Source: Eledone cirrhosa (taxonomy: Eukaryota). Taken from it: a stretch of DNA of 64,000 bases. Where the stretch lies: the NCBI GenBank assembly GCA_964016885.1, contig OZ024766.1, forward strand, positions 310,001-374,000. Reading direction: 5' to 3'. Below are positions 23,701-38,734 of the stretch, piece after piece; positions within the stretch are counted from its first letter, which is position 1, and every line of letters begins with the position of its first letter. The notes below the pieces were generated by a model that worked only from the letters and a program-made list of their open reading frames with translations, made no database searches and was not told the DNA's origin. The position numbers and the translations under genes are program-made.

Positions 23701-26700
23701 GCCATTTTAGAGTCATTTTAGTCATTTATGATGCCGTTTTAGCCATTTTAGAGTCATTTTAGTCATTTATGATGCCGTTTTAGCCATTTTAGAGTCATTT
23801 TAGTCATTTATGAAGCTATTTCAGCCATTCTAGACACATTTAATCATTCATAATAGCGTTTTACCCATTTTACTCATTTATAATGACGTTTTAGCCACTT
23901 TAGAGTCATTTTAGTCATTCATGATGCCGTTTTAGCCATTTTAGAGTCATTTTAGTCATTTATGATGCCATTTTAGCCATTTTAGAGTCATTTTAGTCAT
24001 TTATGATGCCGTTTTAGCCATTTTAGAGTCATTTAGTCATTTATGATGCCGTTTTAGCCATTTTAGAGTCATTTTAGTCATTTATGATGCCGTTTTAGCC
24101 ATTTTAGAGTCATTTTAGTCATTTATGATGCCGTTTTAGCCATTTTAGAGTCATTTTAGTCATTTATGATGCCGTTTTAGCCATTTTAGAGTCATTTTAG
24201 TCATTTATGAAGCTATTTCAGCCATTCTAGACACATTTAATCATTCATAATAGCGTTTTACCCATTTTACTCATTTATAATGACGTTTTAGCCACTTTAG
24301 AGTCATTTTAGTCATTTATGATGCCGTTTTAGCCATTTTAGAGTCATTTTAGTCATTTATGATGCCATTTTAGCCATTTTAGAGTCATTTAGTCATTCAT
24401 GATGCCGTTTTAGCCATTTTAGAGTCATTTTAGTCATTTATGATGCCGTTTTAGCCATTTTAGAGTCATTTTAGTCATTTATGATGCCGTTTTAGCCATT
24501 TTAGAGTCATTTTAGTCATTTATGATGCCGTTTTAGCCATTTTAGAGTCATTTTAGTCATTTATGATGCCGTTTTAGCATTTTAGAGTCATTTTAGTCAT
24601 TTATGATGCCGTTTTAGCCATTTTAGAGTCATTTTAGTCATTTATGAAGCTATTTCAGCCATTCTAGACACATTTAATCATTCATAATAGCGTTTTACCC
24701 ATTTTACTCATTTATAATGACGTTTTAGCCACTTTAGAGTCATTTTAGTCATTTATGATGCCGTTTTAGCCATTTTAGAGTCATTTTAGTCATTTATGAT
24801 GCCGTTTTAGCAATTTTAGAGTCATTTTAGTCATTTATGATGCCGTTTTAGCCATTTTAGAGTCATTTTAGTCATTTATGATGCCGTTTTAGCCATTTTA
24901 GAGTCATTTAGTCATTTATGATGCCGTTTTAGCCATTTTAGAGTCATTTTAGTCATTTATGAAGCTATTTCAGCCATTCTAGACACATTTAATCATTCAT
25001 AATAGCGTTTTACCCATTTTACTCATTTATAATGACATTTTAGCCACTTTAGAGTCATTTTAGTCATTTATGATGCCGTTTTAGCCATTTTAGAGTCATT
25101 TTAGTCATTTATGATGCCGTTTTAGCCATTTTAGAGTCATTTTAGTCATTTATGATGCCGTTTTAGCCATTTTAGAGTCATTTTAGTCATTTATGATGCC
25201 GTTTTAGCCATTTTAGAGTCATTTTAGTCATTTATGATGCCGTTTTAGCCATTTTAGAGTCATTTTAGTCATTTATGATGCCGTTTTAGCCATTTTAGGG
25301 TCATTTTAGTCATTTATGATGCCGTTTTAGCCATTTTAGAGTCATGTTAGTCATTTATGATGCCGTTTTAGCCATTTTAGAGTCATTTTAGTCATTTATG
25401 ATGCCGTTTTAGCCATTTTAGAGTCATTTTAGTCATTTATGAAGCTATTTCAGCCATTCTAGACACATTTAATCATTCATAATAGCGTTTACCCATTTTA
25501 CTCATTTATAATGACGTTTTAGCCACTTTAGAGTCATTTTAGTCATTTATGATGCCGTTTTAGCCATTTTAGAGTCATTTTAGTCATTTATGATGCCGTT
25601 ATAGCCATTTTAGAGTCATTTTAGTCATTTATGATGCCGTTTTAGCCATTTTAGAGTCATTTTAGTCATTTACGATGCCGTTTTAGCCATTTTAGAGTCA
25701 TTTTAGTCATTTATGATGCCGTTTTAGCCATTTTAGAGTCATTTTAGTCATTTATGATGCCGTTTTAGCCATTTTAGAGTCATTTTAGTCATTTATGAAG
25801 CTATTTCAGCCATTCTAGACACATTTAATCATTCATAATAGCGTTTTACCCATTTTACTCATTTATAATGACGTTTTAGCCACTTTAGAGTCATTTTAGT
25901 CATTTATGATGCCGTTTTAGCCATTTTAGAGTCATTTTAGTCATTTATGATGCGTTTTAGCCATTTTAGAGTCATTTTAGTCATTTATGATGCCGTTTTA
26001 GCCATTTTAGAGTCATTTTAGTCATTTATGATGCCGTTTTAGCCATTTTAGAGTCATTTTAGTCATTTATGATGCCGTTTTAGCTATTTTAGAGTCATTT
26101 TAGTCATTTATGATGCCGTTTTAGCCATTTTAGAGTCATTTTAGTCATTTATGAAGCTATTTCAGCCATTCTAGACACATTTAATCATTCATAATAGCGT
26201 TTTACCCATTTTACTCATTTATAATGACGTTTTAGCCACTTTAGAGTCATTTTAGTCATTTATGATGCCGTTTTAGCCATTTTAGAGTCATTTTAGTCAT
26301 TTATGATGCCATTTTAGCCATTTTAGAGTCATTTTAGTCATTTATGATGCCGTTTTAGCCATTTTAGAGTCATTTTAGTCATTTATGATGCCGTTTTAGC
26401 CATTTTAGAGTCATTTTAGTCATTTATGATGCCATTTTAGCCATTTTAGAGTCATTTTAGTCATTTATGATGCCGTTTTAGCCATTTTAGAGTCATTTTA
26501 GTCATTTATGATGCCGTTTTAGCCATTTTAGAGTCATTTTAGTCATTTATGATGCCGTTTTAGCCATTTTAGAGTCATTTTAGTCATTTATGAAGCTATT
26601 TCAGCCATTCTAGACACATTTAATCATTCATAATAGCGTTTTACCCATTTTACTCATTTATAATGACGTTTTAGCCACTTTAGAGTCATTTTAGTCATTT

Positions 26701-29700
26701 ATGATGCCGTTTTAGCCATTTTAGAGTCATTTTAGTCATTTATGATGCCGTTTTAGCCATTTTAGAGTCATTTTAGTTATTTATGATGCCGTTTTAGCCA
26801 TTTTAGAGTCATTTTAGTCATTTATGATGCCGTTTTAGCCATTTTAGAGTCATTTTAGTCATTTATGATGCCGTTTTAGCCATTTTAGAGTCATTTTAGT
26901 CATTTATGATGCCGTTTTAGCCATTTTAGAGTCATTTTAGTCATTTATGATGCCGTTTTAGCCATTTTAGAGTCATTTTAGTCATTTATGATGCCGTTTT
27001 AGCCATTTTAGAGTCATTTTAGTCATTTATGAAGCTATTTCAGCCATTCTAGACACATTTAATCATTCATAATAGCGTTTTACCCATTTTACTCATTTAT
27101 AATGACGTTTTAGCCACTTTAGAGTCATTTTAGTCATTTATGATGCCGTTTTAGCCATTTTAGAGTCATTTTAGTCATTTATGATGCCGTTTTAGCCATT
27201 TTAGAGTCATTTAGTCATTTATGATGCGTTTTAGCCATTTTAGAGTCATTTTAGTCATTTATGATGCCGTTTTAGCCATTTTAGAGTCATTTTAGTCATT
27301 TACGATGCCGTTTTAGCCATTTTAGAGTCATTTTAGTCATTTATGATGCCGTTTTAGCCATTTTAGAGTCATTTTAGTCATTTATGATGCCGTTTTAGCC
27401 ATTTTAGAGTCATTTTAGTCATTTATGAAGCTATTTCAGCCATTCTAGACACATTTAATCATTCATAATAGCGTTTTACCCATTTTACTCATTTATAATG
27501 ACGTTTTAGCCACTTTAGAGTCATTTTAGTCATTTATGATGCCGTTTTAGCCATTTTAGAGTCATTTTAGTCATTTATGATGCCGTTTTAGCCATTTTAG
27601 AGTCATTTTAGTCATTTATGATGCCGTTTTAGCCATTTTAGAGTCATTTTAGTCATTTATGATGCCGTTTTAGCCATTTTAGAGTCATTTTAGTCATTTA
27701 TGATGCCGTTTTAGCCATTTTAGAGTCATTTTAGTCATTTATGAAGCTATTTCAGCCATTCTAGACACATTTAATCATTCATAATAGCGTTTTACCCATT
27801 TTACTCATTTATAATGACGTTTTAGCCACTTTAGAGTCATTTTAGTCATTTATGATGCCGTTTTAGCCATTTTAGAGTCATTTTAGTCATTTATGATGCC
27901 ATTTTAGCCATTTTAGAGTCATTTTAGTCATTTATGATGCCGTTTTAGCCATTTTAGACTCATTTAGTCATTTATGATGCCGTTTTAGCCATTTTAGAGT
28001 CATTTTAGTCATTTATGATGCTATTTTAGCCATTTTAGAGTCATTTTAGTCATTTATGATGCCGTTTTAGCCATTTTAGAGTCATTTTAGTCATTTATGA
28101 TGCCGTTTTAGCCATTTTAGAGTCATTTTAGTCATTTATGATGCCGTTTTAGCCATTTTAGAGTCATTTTAGTCATTTATGAAGCTATTTCAGCCATTCT
28201 AGACACATTTAATCATTCATAATAGCGTTTTACCCATTTTACTCATTTATAATGACGTTTTAGCCACTTTAGAGTCATTTTAGTCATTTATGATGCCGTT
28301 TTAGCCATTTTAGAGTCATTTTAGTCATTTATGATGCCGTTTTAGCAATTTTAGAGTCATTTTAGTCATTTATGATGCCGTTTTAGCCATTTTAGAGTCA
28401 TTTTAGTCATTTATGATGCCGTTTTAGCCATTTTAGAGTCATTTTAGTCATTTATGATGCCGTTTTAGCCATTTTAGAGTCATTTTAGTCATTTATGAAG
28501 CTATTTCAGCCATTCTAGACACATTTAATCATTCATAATAGCGTTTTACCCATTTTACTCATTTATAATGACGTTTTAGCCACTTTAGAGTCATTTTAGT
28601 CATTTATGATGCCGTTTTAGCCATTTTAGAGTCATTTTAGTCATTTATGATGCCGTTTTAGCCATTTTAGAGTCATTTTAGTCATTTATGATGCCGTTTT
28701 AGCCATTTTAGAGTCATTTTAGTCATTTATGATGCCGTTTTAGCCATTTTAGAGTCATTTTAGTCATTTATGAAGCTATTTCAGCCATTCTAGACACATT
28801 TAATCATTCATAATAGCGTTTTACCCATTTTACTCATTTATAATGACGTTTTAGCCACTTTAGAGTCATTTTAGTCATTTATGATGCCGTTTTAGCCATT
28901 TTAGAGTCATTTTAGTCATTTATGATGCCGTTTTAGCAATTTAGAGTCATTTTAGTCATTTATGATGCCGTTTTAGCCATTTTAGAGTCATTTTAGTCAT
29001 TTATGATGCCGTTTTAGCCATTTTAGAGTCATTTTAGTCATTTATGATGCCGTTTTAGCCATTTTAGAGTCATTTTAGTCATTTATGAAGCTATTTCAGC
29101 CATTCTAGACACATTTAATCATTCATAATAGCGTTTTACCCATTTATAATGACGTTTTAGCCACTTTGGAGTCATTTTAGTCATTTATGATGCCGTTTTA
29201 GCCATTTTAGAGTCATTTTAGTCATTTATGATGCCGTTTTAGCAATTTTAGAGTCATCTTAGTCATTTATGATGCCGTTTTAGCCATTTTAGAGTCATTT
29301 TAGTCATTTATGATGCCGTTTTAGCTATTTTAGAGTCATTTTAGTCATTTATGATGCCGTTTTAGCCATTTAGAGTCATTTTAGTCATTTATGAAGCTAT
29401 TTCAGCCATTCTAGACACATTTAATCATTCATAATAGCGTTTTACCCATTTTACTCATTTATAATGACGTTTTAGCCACTTTAGAGTCATTTTAGTCATT
29501 TATGATGCCGTTTTAGCCATTTTAGTGTCATTTTAGTCATTCATGATGCCGTTTTAGCAATTTTAGAGTCATTTTAGTCATTTATGATGCCGTTTTAGCC
29601 ATTTTAGAGTCATTTTAGTCATTTATGATGCCGTTTTAGCCATTTTAGAGTCATTTTAGTCATTTATGATGCCGTTTTAGCCATTTTAGAGTCATTTTAG

Positions 29701-31323
29701 TCATTTATGAAGCTATTTCAGCCATTCTAGACACATTTAATCATTCATAATAGCGTTTTACCCATTTTACTCATTTATAATGACGTTTTAGCCACTTTAG
29801 AGTCATTTTAGTCATTTATGATGCCGTTTTAGCCATTTTAGAGTCATTTTAGTCATTTATGATGCCGTTTTAGCAATTTTAGAGTCATTTTAGTCATTTA
29901 TGATGCGGTTTTAGCCATTTTAGAGTCATTTTAGTCATTTATGATGCCGTTTTAGCCATTTTAGAGTCATTTTAGTCATTTATGATGCCGTTTTAGCCAT
30001 TTTAGAGTCATTTTAGTCATTTATGAAGCTATTTCAGCCATTCTAGACACATTTAATCATTCATAATAGCGTTTTACCCATTTTACTCATTTATGATGCC
30101 GTTTTAGCCACTTTAGAGTCATTTTAGTCATTTATGATGCCGTTTTAGCCATTTTAGAGTCATTTTAGTCATTTATGATGCCGTTTTAGCCATTTTGGAG
30201 TCATTCTAGTCATTTATGATGCCGATTTAGCCATTTTAGTCATTCCTAATGACGTTTTATGTATTTTAGAGACATTTGAGTCATTTAAGAGGCCGTTCTA
30301 AGCATTTTGGAGTCATTTTAGTCATTTATGATGCCGTATTAACCATTTCAGTCATTCATAATGACGTTTTAGCTATTTAAGAGTAATTTTAGTTATTTAA
30401 GATGCCGTTTTAGCCATTTATAATGACGTTTTAGCTATTTAAGAGTCATTTTAGTCATTTATGATGCCTTTTTATCCATTTTTGAGTCATTCTAGTCATA
30501 TATGATGCCGTTTTAGCCATTTGAGTGATTTATAATGACGTATTAGCTATTTAAGAGTCATTTCAGTCATTTATGATGCCGTTTTAGCCATTTTATTCAT
30601 TTATAATGACGTTTTAGCTATTTAAGAGTCATTTCAGTCATTTATGATGCCGTTTTAATCATTTATAATGACGTTTTAGCTATTTAAGAGTCATTTCAGT
30701 CATTTATGATGCCGTGTTAGCCATTTTAGTCATTTATTATGCCGTTTTAGCCATTTTAGAGTCATTTTAGTCATTTATGAAGCTATTTCAGCCATTCTAG
30801 ACACATTTATTCATTCATAATAGCGTTTTACCCATTTTACTCATTTATAATGACGTTTTAGCCACTCTAGAGTCATTTTGGTCATTTATGATGCCGTTTT
30901 AGCCATTTGGGAGTCATTCTAGTCATTTATGATGCCGTTTTAGCCATTTTAGTCATTCCTAATGACGTTTTATGTATTTTAGAGACATTTGAGTCATTTA
31001 AGAGGCCGTTCTAAGCATTTTGGAGTCATTTTAGTCATTTATGATGCCGTATTAACCATATGAGTCATTTATAATGACGTTTTAGCTATTTAAGAGTCAT
31101 TTCAGTCATTTATGATGCCGTTTTAATCATTTATAATGACGTTTTAGCTATTTAAGAGTCATTTCAGTCATTTATGATGCCGTTTTAATCATTTATAATG
31201 ACGTTTTAGCTATTTAAGAGTCATTTTAGTCATTTATGTTGCCTTTTTATCCATTTTTGAGTCATTATAGTCATTTATGATGCCGTTTTAGCCATTTTAG
31301 CCATTTATAATGACGTTTTAGCT
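11790..31323 (+). repeat. Satellite array, forward arm (41-bp monomer GATGCCGTTTTAGCCATTTTAGAGTCATTTTAGTCATTTAT plus 21/30-bp variants)
   Basis: Period 41 read directly (e.g. 16021 to 16062). Flanks are diverged and the core at about 15540-30200 is homogeneous. Confidence 0.98.
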
Positions 31324-34300
31324 ACTAAAATGAGTAAATGACTCTAAAATGGCTAAAACGACATTATAAATGACTAAAATAGCTAAAACGGCATCATAAA
31401 TGACTGGAATGACTCCAAAATGGCTAAAACGGCATCATAAATGACTAAAATGACGCTAAAACGTCATTATAAATGACTAAAATGGCTAAAACGGCATCAT
31501 AAATGACTAGAATGACTCCAAAATGGATAAAACGGCATCATAAATGACAAAAATGACTCTTAAATAGCTAAAACGTCATTATAAATTACTAAAACGGCAT
31601 CATAAATGACTAAAATGACTCTAAAATAGCTAAAACGTCATTATAAATGACTAAAATGGCTAAAACGGCATCATAAATGACTAGAATGACTCCAAAATGG
31701 ATAAAACGGCATCATAAATGACAAAAATGACTCTTAAATAGCTAAAACGTCATTATAAATTACTAAAACGGCATCGTAAATGACTAAAATAACTCTTAAA
31801 TAGCTAAAACGTCATTATAAATGACTCAAATGGTTAAAACGGCATCTTAAATGACTAAAATGACTCCAAAATGCTTAGAACGGCCTCTTAAATGTCTCAA
31901 ATGTCTCTAAAATAGATAAAACGTCATTAGGAATGACTAAAATGGCTAAAACAGCATCATAAATGACTAGAATGACTCCAAAATGGCTAAAACGGCATCA
32001 TAAATGCCTAAATTGACTCTAAAGTGGCTAAAACGTCATTATAAATGAGTAAAATGGGTTAACCGGCATTATCAATTACTAAGATGTGTCTAGAATGGCT
32101 GAAATAGCTTCATAAATGACTAAAATGACTTTAAAATGGCTAAAACGGCATTATAAATGACTAAAATGGCTAAAAGGGCATCATAAATAACTAAAATAAC
32201 TCTTAAATAGCTAAAAGATCATTATAACTGACTAAAATGGCTAAAACGGCATCATAAGGGACTAGAATCACTCCAAAATGGCTAAAACGGCATCATAAAG
32301 GACTAGAATCACTCCAAAATGGCTAAAACGGCATCATAAATGACTAAAATGACTCTTAAATAGCTAAAATGTTTATTATAAATGACTAAAATGGCTAAAA
32401 CGGCATCATAAATGACTGAAATGACTCTTAAATAGCTAAAACGTCATTATGAATGACTAAAATGGCTAAAACGGCATCATAAATGACTAGAATGACTCCA
32501 GAATGGCTAAAACGGCACCATAAATGACTCAAATGACTCTTAAATAGCTAAAACGTCATTATATATGACTAAAATGGCTAAAACGGCATCATAAATGATT
32601 AAAATGAATCTTAAATAGCTAAAACGTCATTATAAACGACTAGAATGGATAAAACGGCATCATAAATGACTGAAATGACTCTTAAATAGCTAATACGTCA
32701 TTATAAATCACTCAAATGGCTAAAACGGCATCATAAATGACTAGAATTACTCCAAAATGGATAAAACGGCATCATAAATGATTAAAATGACTCTTAAATA
32801 GCTAAAACGTCATTATAAATGGCTAAAACGGCATCATAAATAACTAAAATTACTCTTAAATAGCTAAAACGTCATTATGAATGACTCAAATGATTAATAC
32901 GGCATCATAAATGACTAAAATGACTCCAAAATGCTTAGAACGGCCTCTTAAATGACTCAAATGTCTCTAAAATACATAAAACGTCATTAGGAATGACTAA
33001 AATGGCTAAATCGGCATCATAAATGACTAGAATGACTCCAAAATGGCTAAAACGGCATCATAAATGACTAAAATGACTCTAGAGTGGCTAAAACGTCATT
33101 ATAAATGAGTAAAATGGGTAAAACGCTATTATGAATTATTAAATGTGTCTAGAATGGCTGAAATAGCTTCATAAATGACTAAAATGACTCTAAAATGGCT
33201 AAAACGGCATAATAAATGACTAAAATGGCTAACACGGCATCATAAATGACTGAAATGACTCTTAAATAGCTAAAACGTCATTATTAATGACTAAAATAAC
33301 TCCAAAATGCTTAGAACGGCCTCTTAAATGACTCAAATGTCTTTAAAATACATAAAACGTCATTATAAATGACTAAAATGGCTAAAACGGCATCATAAAT
33401 GACTAGAATGACTCCAGAATGGATAAAACGGCATCATAAATGACTAAAATGACTCTTAAGTGGCTAAAACGTCATTATAAATGAGTAAAATAGGTAAAAC
33501 GGCATCATAAATGACTAAAATGTGTCTAGAATGGCTGAAATAGCATCATAAATGACTAAAATGATTCTAAAATGGCTAAAACGGCATTATGAATGACTAG
33601 AATGGCTAAAACGGCATCATAAATGACTCCAAAGTGGGTAAAACGGCATCATAAATGACTTAAATGATTCCAAAATGGTTGAAACGGCATCTTAAATGAC
33701 TCAAATGTCTCTAAAATAGCTAAAACGTCATTGGAAATGACTAAAATGGCAAAAACGGCATCATAAATGACTAGAATGATTCCAAAATGGCTAAAACGGC
33801 ATCATAAATGACTAAAATGACTCTTAAATAGCTAAAACGTCATTATGAATGACTACAATGGGTAAAACGGCAGCATAAATGATTAAAATGACTCTTAAAT
33901 AGCTAAAACGTCATTATTAATGACTAAAATGACTAAAACGGCATCATAAATGACTAGATTAACTCCAAAATGGCTAAAACGGCATCATGAATGACTAAAA
34001 TGACTCTTAAATAGCTAAAACGTCATTATAAATGACTAAAATTGCTAAAACGGCATGATAAATGACTAAAATGACTCTAAAATAGCTAAAACATCACTAG
34101 AAATGACTAAAATGGCTAAAACGGCATCATAAATGACTAGAATGACTCAAAAATGTCTAAAACGGCATCATATATGACTAGAATGACTCCAAAATGGATA
34201 AAACGGCATCATAAATGACTAAAATATCTCTTAAATAGCTAAAACGTCATTATAAATGACTAAAAGGGCTAAAACTGCATTATATATGACTAGAATGACT

Positions 34301-37300
34301 CCAAAATGTCTAAAAGGCATCATGAATGACTAAAATGACTCCAAAAATGTTAAAACGGCATCTTAAATGACTCAAATGACTCTAAAATAGCTAAAATGTC
34401 ATTAGGCATGACTAAAATGTCTAAAACGGCATCATAAACCACTAGAATGACTCCAAAATGGCTAAAACGGTATCATAAATGACTAAAATGACTCTAAAAT
34501 AGCTAAAACGACATTATAAATAACTAAAATGGCTAAAACGGCATCATAAATGACTAGAATGATTCCAAAATGTCGAAAACGGCATCATAAATAATTAAAA
34601 TAACTCCAAAATGGTTAAAACGGCATCTTAAATGACTCAAAAGCCTCTAAAATAGTTAAAACGTCATTAGGAATGACTAAGACGGCTAAAACGTCATCAT
34701 AAATTACTAGAATGACTCCAATGTGGCTAAAACGGCATCATAAATGACTAAAATGTCTCCATAATGGTTAAAACGGCATCATTAATGATTAAAATGAATC
34801 TAAAATAGCTAAAACTTCATTATAAATGACTAAAATGGCTAAAACGGCATCATAAATGACTAAAATGACTCTAAAATAGCTAAAACGACATTATAAATAT
34901 ACTAAATTGGCTAAAACGGCATCATAAATGACTAGAATGATTCCAAAATGTCGAAAACGGCATCATAAATAACTAGAATGACTCCAAAACGGCTAAATCG
35001 GCATCATAAATGAGTAACATGACTCTTAAATAGCTAAAACATCACTATAAAAGACTAAAATGGCTAAAACGGCATCATAAATGACTGAAATGACTCTTAA
35101 ACAGCTAAAATGTCATTATAAATGACTAAAAGGGCTAAAACAGTATCATAAACCACTAGAATGACTCCAAAATGGCTAAAACGGTATCATAAATGACTAA
35201 AATGTCTCTTAAATAGCTAAAACGTCATTATAAATGACTAAAATGGCTAAAACAGCATCATAAATGATTAAAATGACTCTTAAATAGCTAAAACGTCATT
35301 ATTAATGACTAAAATGGCTAAAACGGCATCATAAATGACTAGAATGACTCCAAAATGTCTAAAACGGCATCATAAATGACAACAATGACTCCAAAAAGGT
35401 TAAAACGGCATCTTAAATGACTGAAATGACTCTAAAATAGCTAAAACGTCATTAGGCATGACTAAAACGGTATCATAAACGACTAGAATGACTCCAAAAT
35501 GGCTAAAACGGCATCATAAATGACTAAACTGACTCCATAATGGTTAAAACGGCATCAGAAATGACTAAAATAATTCTTAAATAGCTAAAACGTCATTATA
35601 AATTACTAAAAGGGCTAAAACGGCATTATAATTTACTAGAATGACTCCAAAATGGCTAAAACAGCATCATAAATGACTAAAATGACTCTTAAATAGCTAA
35701 AACGTCATTATAAATGACTACAATGGGTAAAACGGCAGCATAAATGATTAAAATGACTCTTAAATAGCTAAAACGTCATTATTAATTACTAAAATGACTA
35801 AAACGGCATCATAAATGACTAGATTAACTCCAAAATGGCTAAAACGGCATCATGAATGACTAAAATGACTCATAAATAGCTAACACGTCATTATAAATGA
35901 CTAAAATTGCTAAAACTGCATGATAAATGACTAAAATGACTCTAAAATAGCTAAAACATCACTAGAAATGACTAAAATGGCTAAAACGGCATCATAAATG
36001 ACTAGAATGACTCAAAAATGTCTAAAACGGCATCATGTATGACTAGAATGACTCCAAAATGGATAAAACGGCATGATAAATGACTAAAATGTCTCTTAAA
36101 TAGCTAAAACGTCATTATAAATGACTAAAAGGGCTAAAACTGCATTATATATGACTAGAATGACTCCAAAATGTCTAAAACGGGATCATGAATGACTAAA
36201 ATGACTCCAAAAATGTTAAAACGGCATCTTAAATGACTCAAATGACTCTAAAATAGCTAAAATGTCATTAGGCATGACTAAAATGTCTAAAACGGCATCA
36301 TAAACCACTAGAATGACTCCAAAATGGCTAAAACGGTATCATAAATGACTAAAATGACTCTAAAATAGCTAAAACGACATTATAAATATACTAAAATGGC
36401 TAAAACGGCATCATAAATGACTAGAATGATTCCAAAATGTCGAAAACGGCATCATGAATAACTAGAATGACTCCAAAACGGCTAAATCGGCATCATAAAT
36501 GAGTAAAATGACTCTTAAATAGCTAAAACATCACTATAAAAGACTAAAATGGCTAAAACGGCATCATAAATGACTGAAATGACTCTTAAACAGCTAAAAT
36601 GTCATTATAAATGACTAAAATGGCTAAAACAGTATCATAAACCACTAGAATGACTCCAAAATGGCTAAAACGGTATCATAAATGACTGAAATGACTCTTA
36701 AATAGCTAAAACGTCATTATAAATGACTAAAACGGCATGATAAGTGACTAGAATGACTCCAAAATGGATAAAACGGCATCATAAATGACTAAAATGTGTC
36801 CAAAATGGTTAAAACGGCATCTTAAGTGACTCAAATGACTCTAAAATAGCTAAAACGTCATTAAGAATGACTAAAATGGCTAAAACAGCATCATAAATGA
36901 CTAAATCGGCTAAAACGGCAACATAAATGACTACAGTGACTCTTAAATAGCTAAAAAGTCATTTTAAATGATCAAAATGGCTAAAACGGCATCATAAATG
37001 ACTAGAATGACTCAAAAATGTCTAAAACGGGATCATAAATGACTAAAATGACTCCAAAAATGTTAAAACGGCATCTTAAATAACTCAAATGACTCTAAAA
37101 TAGCTAAAACGTCATTATAAATGACTAAAATGCCTAAAACGCCATCATAAATGACTAGAGTGACTCCAAAATGGCTAAAACGTCATTATAAATGAGTAAA
37201 ATGGGTAAAACGGCATTATGAATGACTAAAATGACTCTAAAATGGCTAAAACGGCATTATGAATGACTAAAACGGCATCATAAATGACTCCAAAATGGCT

Positions 37301-38730
37301 AAAACGGCATCATAAATGACCGAAATGACTCTTAAATAGCTAAAACGTCATTATAAATGACTAAAATGGCTAAAACTGCATCATAAATGACTAGAATGAC
37401 TCCAAAATGGATAAAACGGCATCATAAATGACTAAAATGACTCTTAAATAGCTAAAACGTCATTATAAATGACTAAAACGGCATTATAAATGACTCAATT
37501 GACTCTAAAATAGCTAAAACGTCATTATAAATGACTCTTAAATAGCTAAAACGGCATCATAAATGACTAAAATGACTCCAAAATGGTTAAAACAGCATCT
37601 TAAATGACTCAAATAACTCTAAAATAGCTAAAACATCATTACGAATGACTAAAACGGCATCATAAATGACTAGAATGACTCCAAAATGACTAAAACGGCA
37701 TCATAAATGACTAAAATGACTCCAAAGGGGTTAAAACGGCATCTTAAATGACTCAAAAGACTCTAAAATAGCTAAAACGTCATTAGGAATGACTAAAATG
37801 GCTAAAACGGCATCATAAATGACAAGAATGACTCCAAAATGGCTAAAACGGCATCATAAATGACTAGAATGACTCCAAAATGGCTAAAACGGCATCATAA
37901 ATGACTAGAATGATTCCAAAATGTCTAAAACGGCATCATAAATGACTAAAATGACTCCAAAAGGGCTAAAACGGCATCTTAAATGACTCAAAAGACTCTA
38001 AAATAGCTAAAACGTCATTAGGAATGACTAAAACGGCATCATAAATGACAAGAATGACTCCAAAATGGCTAAAACGGCATCATAAATTACTAAAATGACT
38101 CCATAATGGTTAAAACGGCATCTTAAATGACTAAAATGACTCTAAAGTGGTTAAAACGTCATTATAAATGACTAAAATGGGTAAAACGGCATTATGAATG
38201 ACTAAAATGTGTCTAGAATGGCTAAAATAGCATCATAAATGACTAAAATGACTCTAAAATGGCTAAAACGGCATTATCAATTACTAAAACGGCATCATAA
38301 ATGACTAAAATGACTCTCAAATAGCTAATACGTCATCATAAATGACTAAAATGGCTAAATCAGCATCATGAATGAGTAAAATGGCCAAAACCTCATAATA
38401 AATTACTAAAACGTCATAATAAATGACAAAAATGGCTCTAAACGCATATCGAATGACTAAAATGGCATCATAAATGAGTAAAAAGGGATCATAAATAAGT
38501 AAAATCGCTAAAACGTCATCAGAAATGACTAAAACGTCATCATAAATGATTAAAATGTCATCATAAAGGACTAAAACGGCATCATAAATGACTCTAAAAT
38601 GGCTAAAAGGGCATCATGAATGAGTAAAATGGCTAAAACGTCATCATAAATGACTAAAACTTCATAATAAATGACGAAAACGTCATAAGTGACTAAAACA
38701 GCATCATAAATGACATCATAAATGAGTAGA
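31324..38730 (-). repeat. Satellite array, inverted arm (diverged 41/30/21-bp units)
   Basis: Sequence switches to ATAAATGACTAAAATGGCTAAAACGGCATC after TTTTAG-CTA-CTAAAA. Confidence 0.98.
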
Positions 38731-38734
38731 ATAT

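Noticed and set aside
21100-29400. Scattered 1-bp indels in core monomers as informative variants
   Set aside because: Most lie in homopolymers and are non-recurrent, so they may be long-read consensus errors.
15540-30200. CRISPR-like repeat/spacer appearance
   Set aside because: Intervening sequences are copies of the same monomer rather than unique spacers. The context is eukaryotic and there are no cas genes.
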